From Neocallimastix sp. 'constans' (Eukaryota), in NCBI GenBank assembly GCA_050613775.1, contig JBODTK010000145.1, positions 248,001-312,000 of the forward strand: a stretch of DNA of 64,000 nt, written 5' to 3'. Each line of letters starts with the position of its first letter. The stretch's first letter is position 1. The notes under the pieces were generated by a model. It was not told the origin of the DNA, searched no databases, and saw nothing but the letters and a program-made list of their open reading frames with translations. Positions 53,517-64,000 of the stretch are shown one piece after another. A program made the translations under genes and the position numbers.

Positions 53517-55109
53517 TTATTTTATTTTATTTATTATTTGTTTAATGTATTCGTTTTCTCCAGCGATGACCATGTCGTCCACGTATAAGCCGATAATGCA
53601 TTTTGTTATATTATTTTTTGTAAATTTGAAAATACATTGTTCGGATTTAATTTGAATGAACTCATTTTTTATTAGGAATTTTCTAATGGTATAATACCAT
53701 TGTCTACCAGATTGCTTAAGGCCATACAAAGCTTTGTTGAGCTTCCAATATCCCCGCCCAAAGCGCGTATCGCCTTTAGGAATAGTAGTATAAATATCTT
53801 TATCAAGCGGAGCATTAAGGTAAGCGGCCTTTATATCTAGCTGGAAAATATTCCACTTAAGAGCAGCAGAAATAGCGAATATTAATTTAAGACCATCAAT
53901 GTTTAGAGTAGGAGAATAAGTTAATTCATAATCGATTCCCCATTTTTGTTTAAATCCACGAGCAACTAAACGAGCTTTATATTTATAAATATTATTATTT
54001 GAATCACGTTTAGTGTTGAAAACCCATTTTGTGGTAATGATGTTTTTGTTTTTAGGTACATTTTTAACAAAAGTCATAATATTATTAGAATAAAGGTTAT
54101 TAAGTTCATCATTAATAGCCTCAATCCAGTTATTTTTGTCTTCACTGTTTATTGCTTCTTCATATGTATTAGGAATGTGACAAAATATAGAAGCAATAAT
54201 AATGTCGTTGATTTGGTCTAGTTTTCTACGAGAACTAATATTAGTAGGTGCAGTCTCTTTATATTTTGGACTAAGTGGTCTTTTATAGATATTGCCATAT
54301 TCTGTATTGGCTACAATGTCATCCATAATTTCATCATTATTAAAATCAATAACACTTGATGCATCTATAAGAGATTTATGGGCATAATTTTCTTTGTTTA
54401 CTATATTATTGTTGCTAAATTTATTATTTATTTCGTTATTATTAGTAAGTGAAATTTCGTCTGATTTTTGAGAAATTTGGTTGGTTGAAGAATCGGTTAT
54501 TAAAGGTAAATTCTGATTAAAATTATATGGAAGAGTTATATTTTTAAGATTTTCCATTACCGTATTTTTATTATCTGAAGGAATATTATTGATATCTATT
54601 GTAGGAGTGGAGAAATTATAGTTTTTCTTCATAGAGTCGCTGGATTTTGAATTTTGTTGAATTAATTTATTATTTTTCGATAAAAAATTTTTATTAATAA
54701 AATTTTGATCATTTTTTGGTAAATTTTTGATATTCATTGATTTATTTGAATTATTAATAGATTTATGTGAATCATTATTGTTGTCATATGTAATATGTGA
54801 TTCATTAGTGTTATTTGAAATTTTTGAATTATTTGAAAAATTTTTGATATGATATGAATGTGATTTTGCTTCAGCCAATAGATTTTCTTGAATTTTTTCA
54901 TCATTTTTTGAAAAATTTTTATTATTAAAATTTTTTTTCATATTATTATTATTTATTGTAAAATTCTGTAAATTTTGGCTTGATTTTTCATTATTTAAAA
55001 ATATTTTATTTTTATCAAAATTTTCAAATTCGGTTATTTTTTTCTTTTCCTTTGTTCCTGCTGGAAGTTGAGGCGGCGTAAGCAGGATCTTCTGGTTTAT
55101 ATTTTTCAA
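53517..55109 (-). CDS. pol: Copia pol fragment: Asn-rich linker and reverse transcriptase (frameshifted at both ends)
   Basis: PNTYEEA, KWVF, YKARLVARGFKQ, LDIKAAYLNA, LYGLKQSGRQW, YVDD. Confidence 0.85.
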   Translation of the reverse strand: MKNINQKILLTPPQLPAGTKEKKKITEFENFDKNKIFLNNEKSSQNLQNFTINNNNMKKNFNNKNFSKNDEKIQENLLAEAKSHSYHIKNFSNNSKISNNTNESHITYDNNNDSHKSINNSNKSMNIKNLPKNDQNFINKNFLSKNNKLIQQNSKSSDSMKKNYNFSTPTIDINNIPSDNKNTVMENLKNITLPYNFNQNLPLITDSSTNQISQKSDEISLTNNNEINNKFSNNNIVNKENYAHKSLIDASSVIDFNNDEIMDDIVANTEYGNIYKRPLSPKYKETAPTNISSRRKLDQINDIIIASIFCHIPNTYEEAINSEDKNNWIEAINDELNNLYSNNIMTFVKNVPKNKNIITTKWVFNTKRDSNNNIYKYKARLVARGFKQKWGIDYELTYSPTLNIDGLKLIFAISAALKWNIFQLDIKAAYLNAPLDKDIYTTIPKGDTRFGRGYWKLNKALYGLKQSGRQWYYTIRKFLIKNEFIQIKSEQCIFKFTKNNITKCIIGLYVDDMVIAGENEYIKQIINKIK

Positions 55110-58100
55110 TAATGTTAGAATTAAAATTGGTATTCTTAGTATTATTTCTAAACTTTTTATTATAATTTTTATTTATTATTTCTAAATTTCTATTTATCTC
55201 ATTCAAATAATTATTTTCAGAATTATTTTTGTCAACATTGTTGAAATTGAATTTCAATTTAAATTCACAATTATTTTTATTTTTAATTTCAGGATTAATT
55301 TTAGAATTAATTTCAACATCTTTATTTAAATTATGGTTATTTTTCTGGTTTATATCTTTATTATCAAATTCTTGGTTTTCTTCATTTAACGATATATTAT
55401 TGACATGCTTATTTTTAATGTAATTACTTTTATGTTCTGTATTAGTAGTCCTTTCATTATTAATATTTTCATTTAAAATGTTTTCTTCATTTAAGATGTT
55501 TCTTCCATTAAAATTATTTTCATTGTTCATATTATTATCTTCATTTATATTATTATCTTCATTTATATTATTATCTTCATTTATAATATTATCTTCTGGA
55601 TTCATATCTTTTCTATTGTTGTCTTTCATAAATGAGAAGTAAGAGTCTTTATAATTGCTTGTTTCGTATTTGTGTTTACTAGGCTCTTCTTCAACGAATT
55701 CTACATCGTTAGTATAATGTATTTTATTATTTTCAATATCCATGATAATATATGAATATTTTTTATCATCAAATCCCAAGAATACGCCCTTCTTAGCATT
55801 TGGTAAAAATTTTGATTTGTGTTGTGTATCATCCCTGTAATAACACACACAACCAAAGGTTTTTAAATGTTTTAACTCTACCTTTTTGTTGTAAAATACT
55901 TCATTGGGTATTAAAAATTTATTTCCTGAATGGGGAATTAAGTTATATATGTAGCATGCCTGTTTTATGGCGAAATTCCAAAAGTTTTCTGATAATTCTG
56001 CCCAATATAGAAGAGTTTTAGCTGAATTTCTAAGAGTTCTGTTTATTCTTTCAGCTTTTCCATTAACTTCAGGACAACCTGGGGGAGAATAGGTTTTTTC
56101 TATTCCATTTTCTTTACAGTATTTATTAACTGTTTTATTTTTAAATTCCTTTCCTCCATCTGATTTAAATATTTTAATATTATATTCTTCAAATTGGTTA
56201 TTTAAGTACTTGAAGAATTCCACAATTAATTCGGGAGCTTCGGCTTTAGATTTTAAAGTATATATCCATACTTTTCTTGAGAATTCATCCATGAATGTAA
56301 TAAAGTATTTTTTATTATTGATAGATGAATTGTATGGACCTGAAATGTCTAAATGTATTATTTCTAATATTTTCGTAGCTTTCGGTGTTTTTCCTCCGTG
56401 TGATTTCCTTGACATTTTAGCTACTTTACATTCTATGCATTTAGAAGTTTTTATTTGGTGTAAACTTAGATATTTGTTTATGTTTTCTAGGTAATAATGA
56501 CCTAGTCTTCTATGCCAAATTTCAAGGCTTTTTTCATCAACTTCGTTTAAAGCCATAATATTTTTATCCTTTTCTTCAAAGTTTTTATTAATCTTGTAAG
56601 TATTTACTAAGAATTGATTATCATTTGTAGAATAATAAGTTCCTATATATACATTATTTGGACCCCATAAGTTAAATCTACCACGTGTATAATCATCAGT
56701 GTCAATAATGACTCTATATCCTATTTTGGCCAGTTCTATTCCACTAATAAGATTTTTAGTTGCAGATTTTGAATATAATACCTTGTCTAGTCGTACATAT
56801 ATTCCATTAATGTAACATTCGTAAGTACCATATCCTTCGAAGCTACACATTGTCCCATTGGCACATCTTAACTTTATTTTGCAGTGAATAAAATTATTTA
56901 GCAAATTAAAATCATTAGTTATATGTTCTCCAGCACCAGTATCATATAACCATTCACTAGTCTTATCATTTTCTTCATAATAATTGATGTTGTTTACATA
57001 TAATTCCTCTTTTTTATTAGGAATTGTTATCTCCTTTGGAATAATAGAACTATCATTCACGTATTCAATTAATCCAGAAAATTTAACCTTATTGTTAATG
57101 TTTATTTCTTCTTGTTTTTCTATCAGTGCCCTTGCGTCTTCAAAATCAAAATTATCGTCATAACTACTGGCACTGTCTGGATCAGAAATTTTACTTATTA
57201 AATGTAAAGACTTCTTTGGATGATCATTTAATGTGGTCTTTACTTGAAGCTTTTCTTGCCTCCCTTTATTATGATTTGACTTCGTCTTCATATTATATAT
57301 GCAGTTTCTGGTAGAGTGTCCTTTAACTTCACAAATGTGACAATATGATTTATTATTATTGTCTTTGTTACTATTATCTTTATTATTATTGTTATATTGG
57401 TTACCATTTTGCTTTCCTCTTTTCTTAGAGTTAGAGCTTTTGTTATTATGGTTGTTGTGTTCACTTTTCTTTGAGGAATTACTAGTTCTTCTTCCTCTAC
57501 TGATAAAATCTAGATCCATTGGATCATCTTTTTCAATGGTTTTGTTATCTTCCCAATTTTCTAGGTAAGATTTTGCATAAATAAAACTTTTGAGATTATT
57601 AATATATACATTAGGGTCACTATTCAAATTAATTTGAATGATATTTTTATAATCATCCGGTAGTACGTTATAGAGATATTTTAATTTTTCCTTATCAGTG
57701 ATCTCCACATGTTGTTCTTCCATATCATCGAAAGTTTCTTTCATAAGTTCTAGCTTTTCGATGATTTGATTTCTATCTCTGGCTTTAATACTTCTTAACC
57801 TTTTAAGCCAGTATTCCATATCAGCATTTGAATTTCCATATTTTGATTTGAGTCTTTCCATTATACGGAAACCATTATTAAGTCTGCTGATTTCTCTTAA
57901 AACAGAATCATCGACATTCTTACTGATCATGAGTATCATGTCAGCATCGATCCTTTCTGCTTCCTCAACTAATCTGATATGATTAAGAGGATTACCAAAA
58001 AAGTTAGTTAGCTGAGTATTGATATCAACATTATTGTTTCGATTAACCTCAGCATTATTGTTTCGAATAGGTTCGGCAGGAGCTTGCGGTAACATTTTGG

Positions 58101-58197
58101 TAATTAATTTAGTAATTACCTTGTTGATAACATCGTTGACATTGGGGTTGTAATCAAAACCTACATCATTAAGTTTTCCAACGACGTCGACTTCCAT
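55024..58197 (-). CDS. gag-pol: Copia gag-protease-integrase polyprotein (N-terminus disrupted)
   Basis: Zn knuckle CHICEVKGHSTRNC; protease WLYDTGAGEH; WHRRLGH; integrase HLDISGP, SDGGKEF, NGKAERINRT. Confidence 0.9.
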   Translation of the reverse strand: MEVDVVGKLNDVGFDYNPNVNDVINKVITKLITKMLPQAPAEPIRNNNAEVNRNNNVDINTQLTNFFGNPLNHIRLVEEAERIDADMILMISKNVDDSVLREISRLNNGFRIMERLKSKYGNSNADMEYWLKRLRSIKARDRNQIIEKLELMKETFDDMEEQHVEITDKEKLKYLYNVLPDDYKNIIQINLNSDPNVYINNLKSFIYAKSYLENWEDNKTIEKDDPMDLDFISRGRRTSNSSKKSEHNNHNNKSSNSKKRGKQNGNQYNNNNKDNSNKDNNNKSYCHICEVKGHSTRNCIYNMKTKSNHNKGRQEKLQVKTTLNDHPKKSLHLISKISDPDSASSYDDNFDFEDARALIEKQEEININNKVKFSGLIEYVNDSSIIPKEITIPNKKEELYVNNINYYEENDKTSEWLYDTGAGEHITNDFNLLNNFIHCKIKLRCANGTMCSFEGYGTYECYINGIYVRLDKVLYSKSATKNLISGIELAKIGYRVIIDTDDYTRGRFNLWGPNNVYIGTYYSTNDNQFLVNTYKINKNFEEKDKNIMALNEVDEKSLEIWHRRLGHYYLENINKYLSLHQIKTSKCIECKVAKMSRKSHGGKTPKATKILEIIHLDISGPYNSSINNKKYFITFMDEFSRKVWIYTLKSKAEAPELIVEFFKYLNNQFEEYNIKIFKSDGGKEFKNKTVNKYCKENGIEKTYSPPGCPEVNGKAERINRTLRNSAKTLLYWAELSENFWNFAIKQACYIYNLIPHSGNKFLIPNEVFYNKKVELKHLKTFGCVCYYRDDTQHKSKFLPNAKKGVFLGFDDKKYSYIIMDIENNKIHYTNDVEFVEEEPSKHKYETSNYKDSYFSFMKDNNRKDMNPEDNIINEDNNINEDNNINEDNNMNNENNFNGRNILNEENILNENINNERTTNTEHKSNYIKNKHVNNISLNEENQEFDNKDINQKNNHNLNKDVEINSKINPEIKNKNNCEFKLKFNFNNVDKNNSENNYLNEINRNLEIINKNYNKKFRNNTKNTNFNSNIIEKYKPEDPAYAASTSSRNKGKEKNNRI

Positions 58198-58290
58198 GAA
58201 TTCCTTAATACCTTGACGTTTAGCGGCATTGTCAATAAGGAATTTCCACTCATTAAAGTTGGATTTTCCATGGAGGCGTTAGTCCTTAGC

Positions 58291-58935
58291 TGTAACGGAG
58301 GTGCTTCTATTGTAACGGCGGGACGGGGTATAGAAACACACAAAAGAAGAAAACTCAATAGGTTTACACTATCTGTATAAATAATTCGTTTTATTAGAAA
58401 TATTTTTTATTAATTATAAAATTTAAAATAATTATTAATATTAATCAACAAGGTAATATTTCGAATTACTTATACGTTAATTATTATTAATAAAAGCACG
58501 AAGAAAAATATTTTCATTCGTGAAGTTCGCACTATTTATACTTTTAACGGAAAAACAGTTTTAACATGTAAAAATAATTTTAAAGAAATATTTAAAAATA
58601 TGTTTGTAATAATTAATAATGTAAAGTTTTTAGAATATAGATTTTAATTGATGAAAATGAATCTTATCAAAAAAGAATAAAATAATTTATATAATAAGAA
58701 TTTCTAAATTCATTTCGGTTGAATTACGAACCGAAAGAATCTTTAACTTTCTATAATTTTATACAGAAAGAATATTCAAGAAGATATTATTAATAATTAA
58801 TAAAATAATTAATAAAATAATTATTAATGCAAAATGGGTTGAGGTGTGAGTCGAACCCATGAAGTATTGGTCATGGTCAATGTAACTAACCATTGAACCA
58901 AAGTTCTAATTTTACTAACCGAAGATTTCGTTACA
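58291..58935 (-). repeat. 3' LTR of the Gypsy element (645 bp)
   Basis: 7-bp inverted termini. 58291-58713 matches 63578-64000 with no difference seen. Confidence 0.95.
58836..58907 (-). promoter_or_regulatory. tRNA-like Pol III A/B-box cassette in the LTR U3 region
   Basis: A box TGGTTCAATGG (58900-58890) and B box GGTTCGACTC (58857-58848) at tRNA spacing, then TTTT. The cloverleaf stems are degenerate. Confidence 0.6.
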
Positions 58936-59263
58936 TGGTCCGCCTCCAGGATTCGGATACCAGACGAATCTAACAGTTAGGCATAACTTATACTAAAATT
59001 AAGCAAGCTAAACTAAACTAAACTAAATTAAAATAAAATAAAATATAATAAAATAAAAATAATTAATTAACCATTTTATAGTACGAACTTTTTTGAATAA
59101 AATTACATGATATTAATAAAGTTACATGAATATAATATATAATAAGAATACATGAATATTAATAATATTTAATAATATAAAATAATATTTAGTAATATTG
59201 ATATTAATAAATTAATATAAGTTTGATATTAATAAAGTAAAGATTCATTTTCAAGTTTTAATT

Positions 59264-61702
59264 TTAGTTATTTTTGTTAAATTCTTTTAAGAGTTTAGAG
59301 CAATTTAAATTTTCTTCGGGTTCCCAAGATGCTTCAGATAAAGGATAACCTTTCCATTTAATAAGATATTGGGTTTTGCCATAATGTTTCCTTTTATCAA
59401 GAATTTTTTCAACTTCGTATTCTTCTTCATTGTCAATAATTATCGGTGGTGGTGGTTCTTTCTTTCGTCCAAAGTGATCTTCATAAAATGGTTCAAGTTC
59501 AGAAACATGTATTACAGGATGGATTCTGATTTCTTTTGGTAAGTCTAACTTATATGAAACGGGAGAAATTTTCTTAATGATTTTATATGGACCAAGTTTT
59601 CTAGGTTTAAGTTTTTTATTTCCATTATGGATTATAAGTGAACTATTAATCCACACTTTATCACCAGGTTTAAAATTTGGAGCTTCAATACGATGTTTGT
59701 TTGCGAATTCTTCTTGCTTTTTTCTTGCTTGTTGTAAATTTCCATTAAGTGTTTTGAATAATTCTGAAAGGTCTTTTGTAAATTCATCAGCTCTAGGAAC
59801 ATCTGTACTGTTTGGAATTGATGGTGAATATCTTGGATTATATCCATAGTTTGCATAAAAAGGTGAGTGCTTAATTGATTCTTGAATTGAATTATTATAA
59901 CTGAATTCTGCTAGGAATAAAAAATTATACCAATCAGAACCTTTAAAGTTTGAATAACATCTTAAGTATTGTTCAATAACGGAGTTCACCCTCTCCGTTA
60001 AACCATTGGTTTGGTGATGGAAGGGAGAAGCAAGTTTTGTTGTGATATTGAAAGATTTACAAATAGCTGACCAAAATTTTGAAGTGAATTGAGAACCTTT
60101 ATCAGAAAAGAAATCGGAGGGTGGTTTATGAATACGAAAGAGATCATTTAGGTCTTTCTTAGGAACAAAGAAAACAGAAGCAGCAGCTGGAGATTTAGAT
60201 TTTCTAATAAATTTTTTGTTTTCATTTTCTTTAATATATTTCTTTAAGACTAGAGATTCTTTTTCAGTTAGGGGATAAATTGGGCCATAATGAAGTTTTG
60301 CATTTTGCTTAAGTTTAATCTCGCAATCATAAGGACGATGAGGAGGTAATTCATTAGCGGATTTTTCGTTAAAAACATCCTTGAATGGAATAAGCTGTGT
60401 TGGTAATAATTCTTGAATATCAGTATCTTTAAGTTTTTCGTCTTCAGTGGTTAAGGTTTCATTTTCAGAAATATGGGTAGTAAAGGAATTAGGAATGATT
60501 AAACAATTTTCAATACAATGATTGGAATTGAATCTTAAAACTTTATTTTTGAAGTCAATGTCGAGATTGTGAGTAGAAATCCATTCGAAACCTAAAATAG
60601 CACAATAAGAAGGAAGGTCAACCACATAGAATTGAGTTTTACATTTGTGATTTTTATAAGTGATGGAAATAGGAAGAGTTTTACCAAGAATAGTTTGCTT
60701 TCCACCGATGCCAGATACCTTAGGGAAATTAGTTTTAGTTGAATACGGGATATTATTTTCTTTAATATAGTAGATATCCATTAAATTGATTTGAGAACCA
60801 GTATCGAGAAGAATTTTAGCAGTAGAATTTGTATTATCAATACTCAAAGAAAATTCGTAAATAGGAAGATTTGAGTTAGAAACTCTAGGTCTAGAAATAG
60901 GTTTTGATTCGGGATTAGAAACATAAGTGCTACTTGATGAAGGTTTATTTTTATTTTTATATTTATTTTTAAGTAGACAATTGTCGAGAGAATGTTCAGA
61001 GGATCCACAATATAAACAAAGATTTTCTCTTCTTCTTCTTTCTTTTTCTTCTTGAGAAAGAGGTCCATGAGGTTTGGATTTAAATTGCTTTTGGAAAAAG
61101 AATGATTTTTTGCCCTTTTTATTTTTATTATTAGTACTATTATTTGAATTTTGACCTTGAAGATTGGAGAATTGTCTGTGAGTAGAAATACGATTATCGA
61201 TTCTCGATGCAATTGTTTGCATAGCAAAGAGGGTTTGAGGTCCAGGAAACATTTCTAAAATTCTAGTAGCAATATGGTCATGTAGACCGGCAAGAAAGGC
61301 GTCCATCTTGGCTTCTTCATTCCAAGAAGATTCATCGGCGTATTTATTAAATTCTAAAATATAATTTCTGACTTCACCAATTCGTTTTTGTTTGATTGTT
61401 CTTAATTTCTGGTTGGCAATAAAGGTAGAATCATAACTTCCAAATACTGATTTTAGTCTTGCAATGAATTGATTATAATTAAGGAGACAAGGATCTTGAT
61501 TTTCAATGAGAGTAGCAGCCCAATTCATGGCGTTTCCATACAAACGAGAAATGATATAGATTACTTTAGCTTCATCGTTTGCAAATCTTTCTGGTTGAAT
61601 CATAAAAATAAGTTCCATTTTAGCTAGAAATCCTTTAAAGAATCGACGATCACCAGCAAAACCGTCCTTAAAAGTAGGATTTTCTTGATAATAGTTGTCC
61701 AT
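59264..61702 (-). CDS. gag-pol: Gypsy Gag-protease-(RT start)-(integrase C-half)-chromodomain polyprotein with an in-frame internal deletion
   Basis: Capsid; [26 protein letters not shown]...[16 protein letters not shown] fused to SDKGSQFTS...[15 protein letters not shown] module; chromodomain [11 protein letters not shown]...YLIKWKGY...SWEPEENL. Confidence 0.93.
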   Translation of the reverse strand: MDNYYQENPTFKDGFAGDRRFFKGFLAKMELIFMIQPERFANDEAKVIYIISRLYGNAMNWAATLIENQDPCLLNYNQFIARLKSVFGSYDSTFIANQKLRTIKQKRIGEVRNYILEFNKYADESSWNEEAKMDAFLAGLHDHIATRILEMFPGPQTLFAMQTIASRIDNRISTHRQFSNLQGQNSNNSTNNKNKKGKKSFFFQKQFKSKPHGPLSQEEKERRRRENLCLYCGSSEHSLDNCLLKNKYKNKNKPSSSSTYVSNPESKPISRPRVSNSNLPIYEFSLSIDNTNSTAKILLDTGSQINLMDIYYIKENNIPYSTKTNFPKVSGIGGKQTILGKTLPISITYKNHKCKTQFYVVDLPSYCAILGFEWISTHNLDIDFKNKVLRFNSNHCIENCLIIPNSFTTHISENETLTTEDEKLKDTDIQELLPTQLIPFKDVFNEKSANELPPHRPYDCEIKLKQNAKLHYGPIYPLTEKESLVLKKYIKENENKKFIRKSKSPAAASVFFVPKKDLNDLFRIHKPPSDFFSDKGSQFTSKFWSAICKSFNITTKLASPFHHQTNGLTERVNSVIEQYLRCYSNFKGSDWYNFLFLAEFSYNNSIQESIKHSPFYANYGYNPRYSPSIPNSTDVPRADEFTKDLSELFKTLNGNLQQARKKQEEFANKHRIEAPNFKPGDKVWINSSLIIHNGNKKLKPRKLGPYKIIKKISPVSYKLDLPKEIRIHPVIHVSELEPFYEDHFGRKKEPPPPIIIDNEEEYEVEKILDKRKHYGKTQYLIKWKGYPLSEASWEPEENLNCSKLLKEFNKNN

Positions 61703-62751
61703 ATTAAAATAAATAAGGTAAAGTAGAATAAGTTTTCAAAGGTAAAGAATAGGCGGTAGAATCCAGAAGTTCCCAAAGTGGTAGTAGAGATTCCAATAAT
61801 CCAAAAGTTAGATAGGTAGTAGCGATTCCAAAAGTTCAAAAGTTGTTTATTGGTAGGTTTCCAAGGTTAATGGATAAGAACACAAAATTTTAATAACACT
61901 TTATAATATTTTATAATTAAATATTTCTATTTTATAATTATTTATCAAAAATTACTGAAATATAAACTAGATTATATAGTATTGGACCAACTAAATATAT
62001 AATCTATCAAAGTTTTATACGATAAGTTCCTTTAGCCTTTTAGTGATAACGCAGATAAAATCGATTGTTAATGTCTTATAGACAAAAGGAAGTAATATTG
62101 TTAGATTCTTTATTATGTCTAACTTATTGTTAGCTGAAAAGAATAAAACAAATTATTTTCCCCTATATCAATAGTATCTGAACACTAAAATGTTACGAAA
62201 ACAGAGACCAACTTCTGTCGCTTTGGAAGTCGTATAAACCTTATATTTATATTTTAATCTTTGTTTTCTTAATTATAAAATTATAATATTAATTATAAAA
62301 TTATTAATTGATAAAATAGAATAGTACTATTGACTCACAACTATAGAAAAAACCGTCAGTACTATTATAACTAGTGCCGCGAGTAAGCACGAAATAAAAT
62401 TTTAAAATACTATATAATTTTAATCTTACGCCTTCGGTGACGTAAGCTCCTTATTCGCCAGAGTTGTTGCAAACCTAGAACCGTTTTCCTTTATAATAGG
62501 CTACGGTGCTCTCTTATAGCGTTTTACCTAGTCTAGAACCAAATCTATTCGTCGAGTGCAACACTAAAGAAGATAATTCTTCTAACTCTGTATATGAGCT
62601 CTATTCGCTCGTATAAACGCCTTTTTAAATAAATAAATAAAAAAAAATAAAATTGAACAGGTTTTTCTTGCTATTATTTCAAGCAAGTAATTTATTAAAA
62701 TAATTAAAAATAAAAAATTATTATTACAATTATTAATATTATTATTATTAT

Positions 62752-62802
<51 letters not shown>

Positions 62803-63056
62803 CTAAGCTAATTTAAAAAATTTATTATTTTTGTAATAAATTAAATGAAAAAAAATTTTTTTTTTTTTTTTTTATTTATCTAGAACTAATTGATTTATTC
62901 ACTAAATTAATCTAAAATATTTATCTAAAAATTAAAAATTTTTTTCTTATTAAATTAATTTAATATTATTTATCTAATTATTAATTAATTTTGTTGGGTA
63001 AATATTAGAATTAATTTTGAAGGGTTAAGGTAATACAAGATTAATTTAATATTATC

Positions 63057-63104
<48 letters not shown>

Positions 63105-63567
63105 GTTAAGGTAATGTAAGTTTTATCTTAATAGGGTAGTACAAGTTTAATTTGAATTATATGATCGGGTAGTACAAGAATTTTTGTTATAAAAATTAAT
63201 TTCAACAACCATAGGATTAGGATTATCCGGTAATATAATAGATACAAAGGATTGAATTATATAATAGTGAGGGTAACTCAAAACAGACAAGGTGATAATT
63301 TGAATAGGAATCAATAGGCAGTAATTATTCGTCTGGGAGGAGATAGAATCCGAGATTAAAAGATATAGAAGTCCGGTATTAAAGAGATAGTAGATAAAAA
63401 GATTTATTCAAAGATTATTAGATTAAGATAGAGAGAACCGGAAGAGTAGGTATTAGTAAAAGTAGAAACCCAACGATTGCCAAAAGATATTAAGAAAGTA
63501 GAATTCCTAAAAGTGCGGTAGAATGTCTGCGGGATAGCGCAAAGGTATTGAGGGCTTGGATTAGCAG

Positions 63568-63578
63568 GTGCTTTTATT
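63568..63578 (-). promoter_or_regulatory. Self-priming primer-binding site (non-tRNA)
   Basis: AATAAAAGCAC at the 5' LTR boundary is the exact reverse complement of GTGCTTTTATT at 63786-63776, which lies downstream of TATAAATA (63827-63820). Confidence 0.75.
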
Positions 63579-64000
63579 GTAACGGAGGTGCTTCTATTGT
63601 AACGGCGGGACGGGGTATAGAAACACACAAAAGAAGAAAACTCAATAGGTTTACACTATCTGTATAAATAATTCGTTTTATTAGAAATATTTTTTATTAA
63701 TTATAAAATTTAAAATAATTATTAATATTAATCAACAAGGTAATATTTCGAATTACTTATACGTTAATTATTATTAATAAAAGCACGAAGAAAAATATTT
63801 TCATTCGTGAAGTTCGCACTATTTATACTTTTAACGGAAAAACAGTTTTAACATGTAAAAATAATTTTAAAGAAATATTTAAAAATATGTTTGTAATAAT
63901 TAATAATGTAAAGTTTTTAGAATATAGATTTTAATTGATGAAAATGAATCTTATCAAAAAAGAATAAAATAATTTATATAATAAGAATTTCTAAATTCAT
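63578..64000 (-). repeat. 5' LTR of the Gypsy element (partial)
   Basis: Matches 58291-58713. Confidence 0.95.

Larger units (their letters stand above)
52469..58290 (-). mobile_element. Ty1/Copia LTR retrotransposon (gag-PR-INT-RT-RNase H, PPT, 3' LTR); its 5' end is displaced by a nested Gypsy insertion
   Basis: Domain order and motifs in the three ORFs below. PPT GAGGGGGAG at 52665-52657, followed by TGTTGA. Confidence 0.93.
58291..64000 (-). mobile_element. Ty3/Gypsy chromovirus-type LTR retrotransposon, internally deleted (non-autonomous); the 5' LTR runs off the window
   Basis: LTR 58291-58935 (TGTAACG...CGTTACA) is repeated from 63578. PPT-like GGAGGCGGA lies just before the 3' LTR. 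A single gag-PR-INT-chromodomain ORF. Confidence 0.95.

Noticed and set aside
53411..55109. Programmed ribosomal frameshifts in Copia pol
   Set aside because: The breaks fall in A/T runs within the linker and RT rather than at the gag-pol boundary; mutation or assembly error is more likely.
58161..58358. ORFs spanning LTR junctions (also 63404-63628, and 24610-25138 in the retroposon)
   Set aside because: They are chance frames across element boundaries.
58836..58907. Functional tRNA gene
   Set aside because: The acceptor and T stems do not pair properly; kept only as a tRNA-like cassette.
62178..62222. Hammerhead ribozyme (CTGA...CGAAA...GTC)
   Set aside because: The core reads CTGAACA rather than CTGANGA, stem III is out of register, and it is antisense to the element.

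Overview
Extremely AT-rich eukaryotic DNA, with long homopolymers, (TAT)n microsatellites and GT-AG introns. The gene content (expanded 39-aa ankyrin repeats, CBM18 modules, intronless bacterial-type genes) points to an anaerobic gut fungus (Neocallimastigomycota); this assignment is an inference. From left to right the window holds: (1) a three-exon gene fusing about 50 ankyrin repeats to a trypsin-like serine protease, joined by a 28-nt micro-exon missing from the ORF track; (2) a decayed Copia element; (3) a tandem pseudogene copy of the ankyrin-protease gene that has lost its catalytic His; (4) a minisatellite; (5) a bacterial-type YbhB/YbcL (PEBP) gene; (6) a 514-bp poly(A) retroposon with an 11-bp target-site duplication (TSD); (7) two secreted DUF4874/DUF4832-like paralogs carrying 3 and 1 copies of a ~160-aa ricin-like module; (8) a secreted protein with four CBM18 domains; (9) a Copia element interrupted at the start of gag by a young chromoviral Gypsy element. 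The Gypsy element lacks most of RT in frame, shows a Tf1-type self-priming signature and has a tRNA-like cassette in its LTR. All calls come from reading the sequence; no database searches were run.
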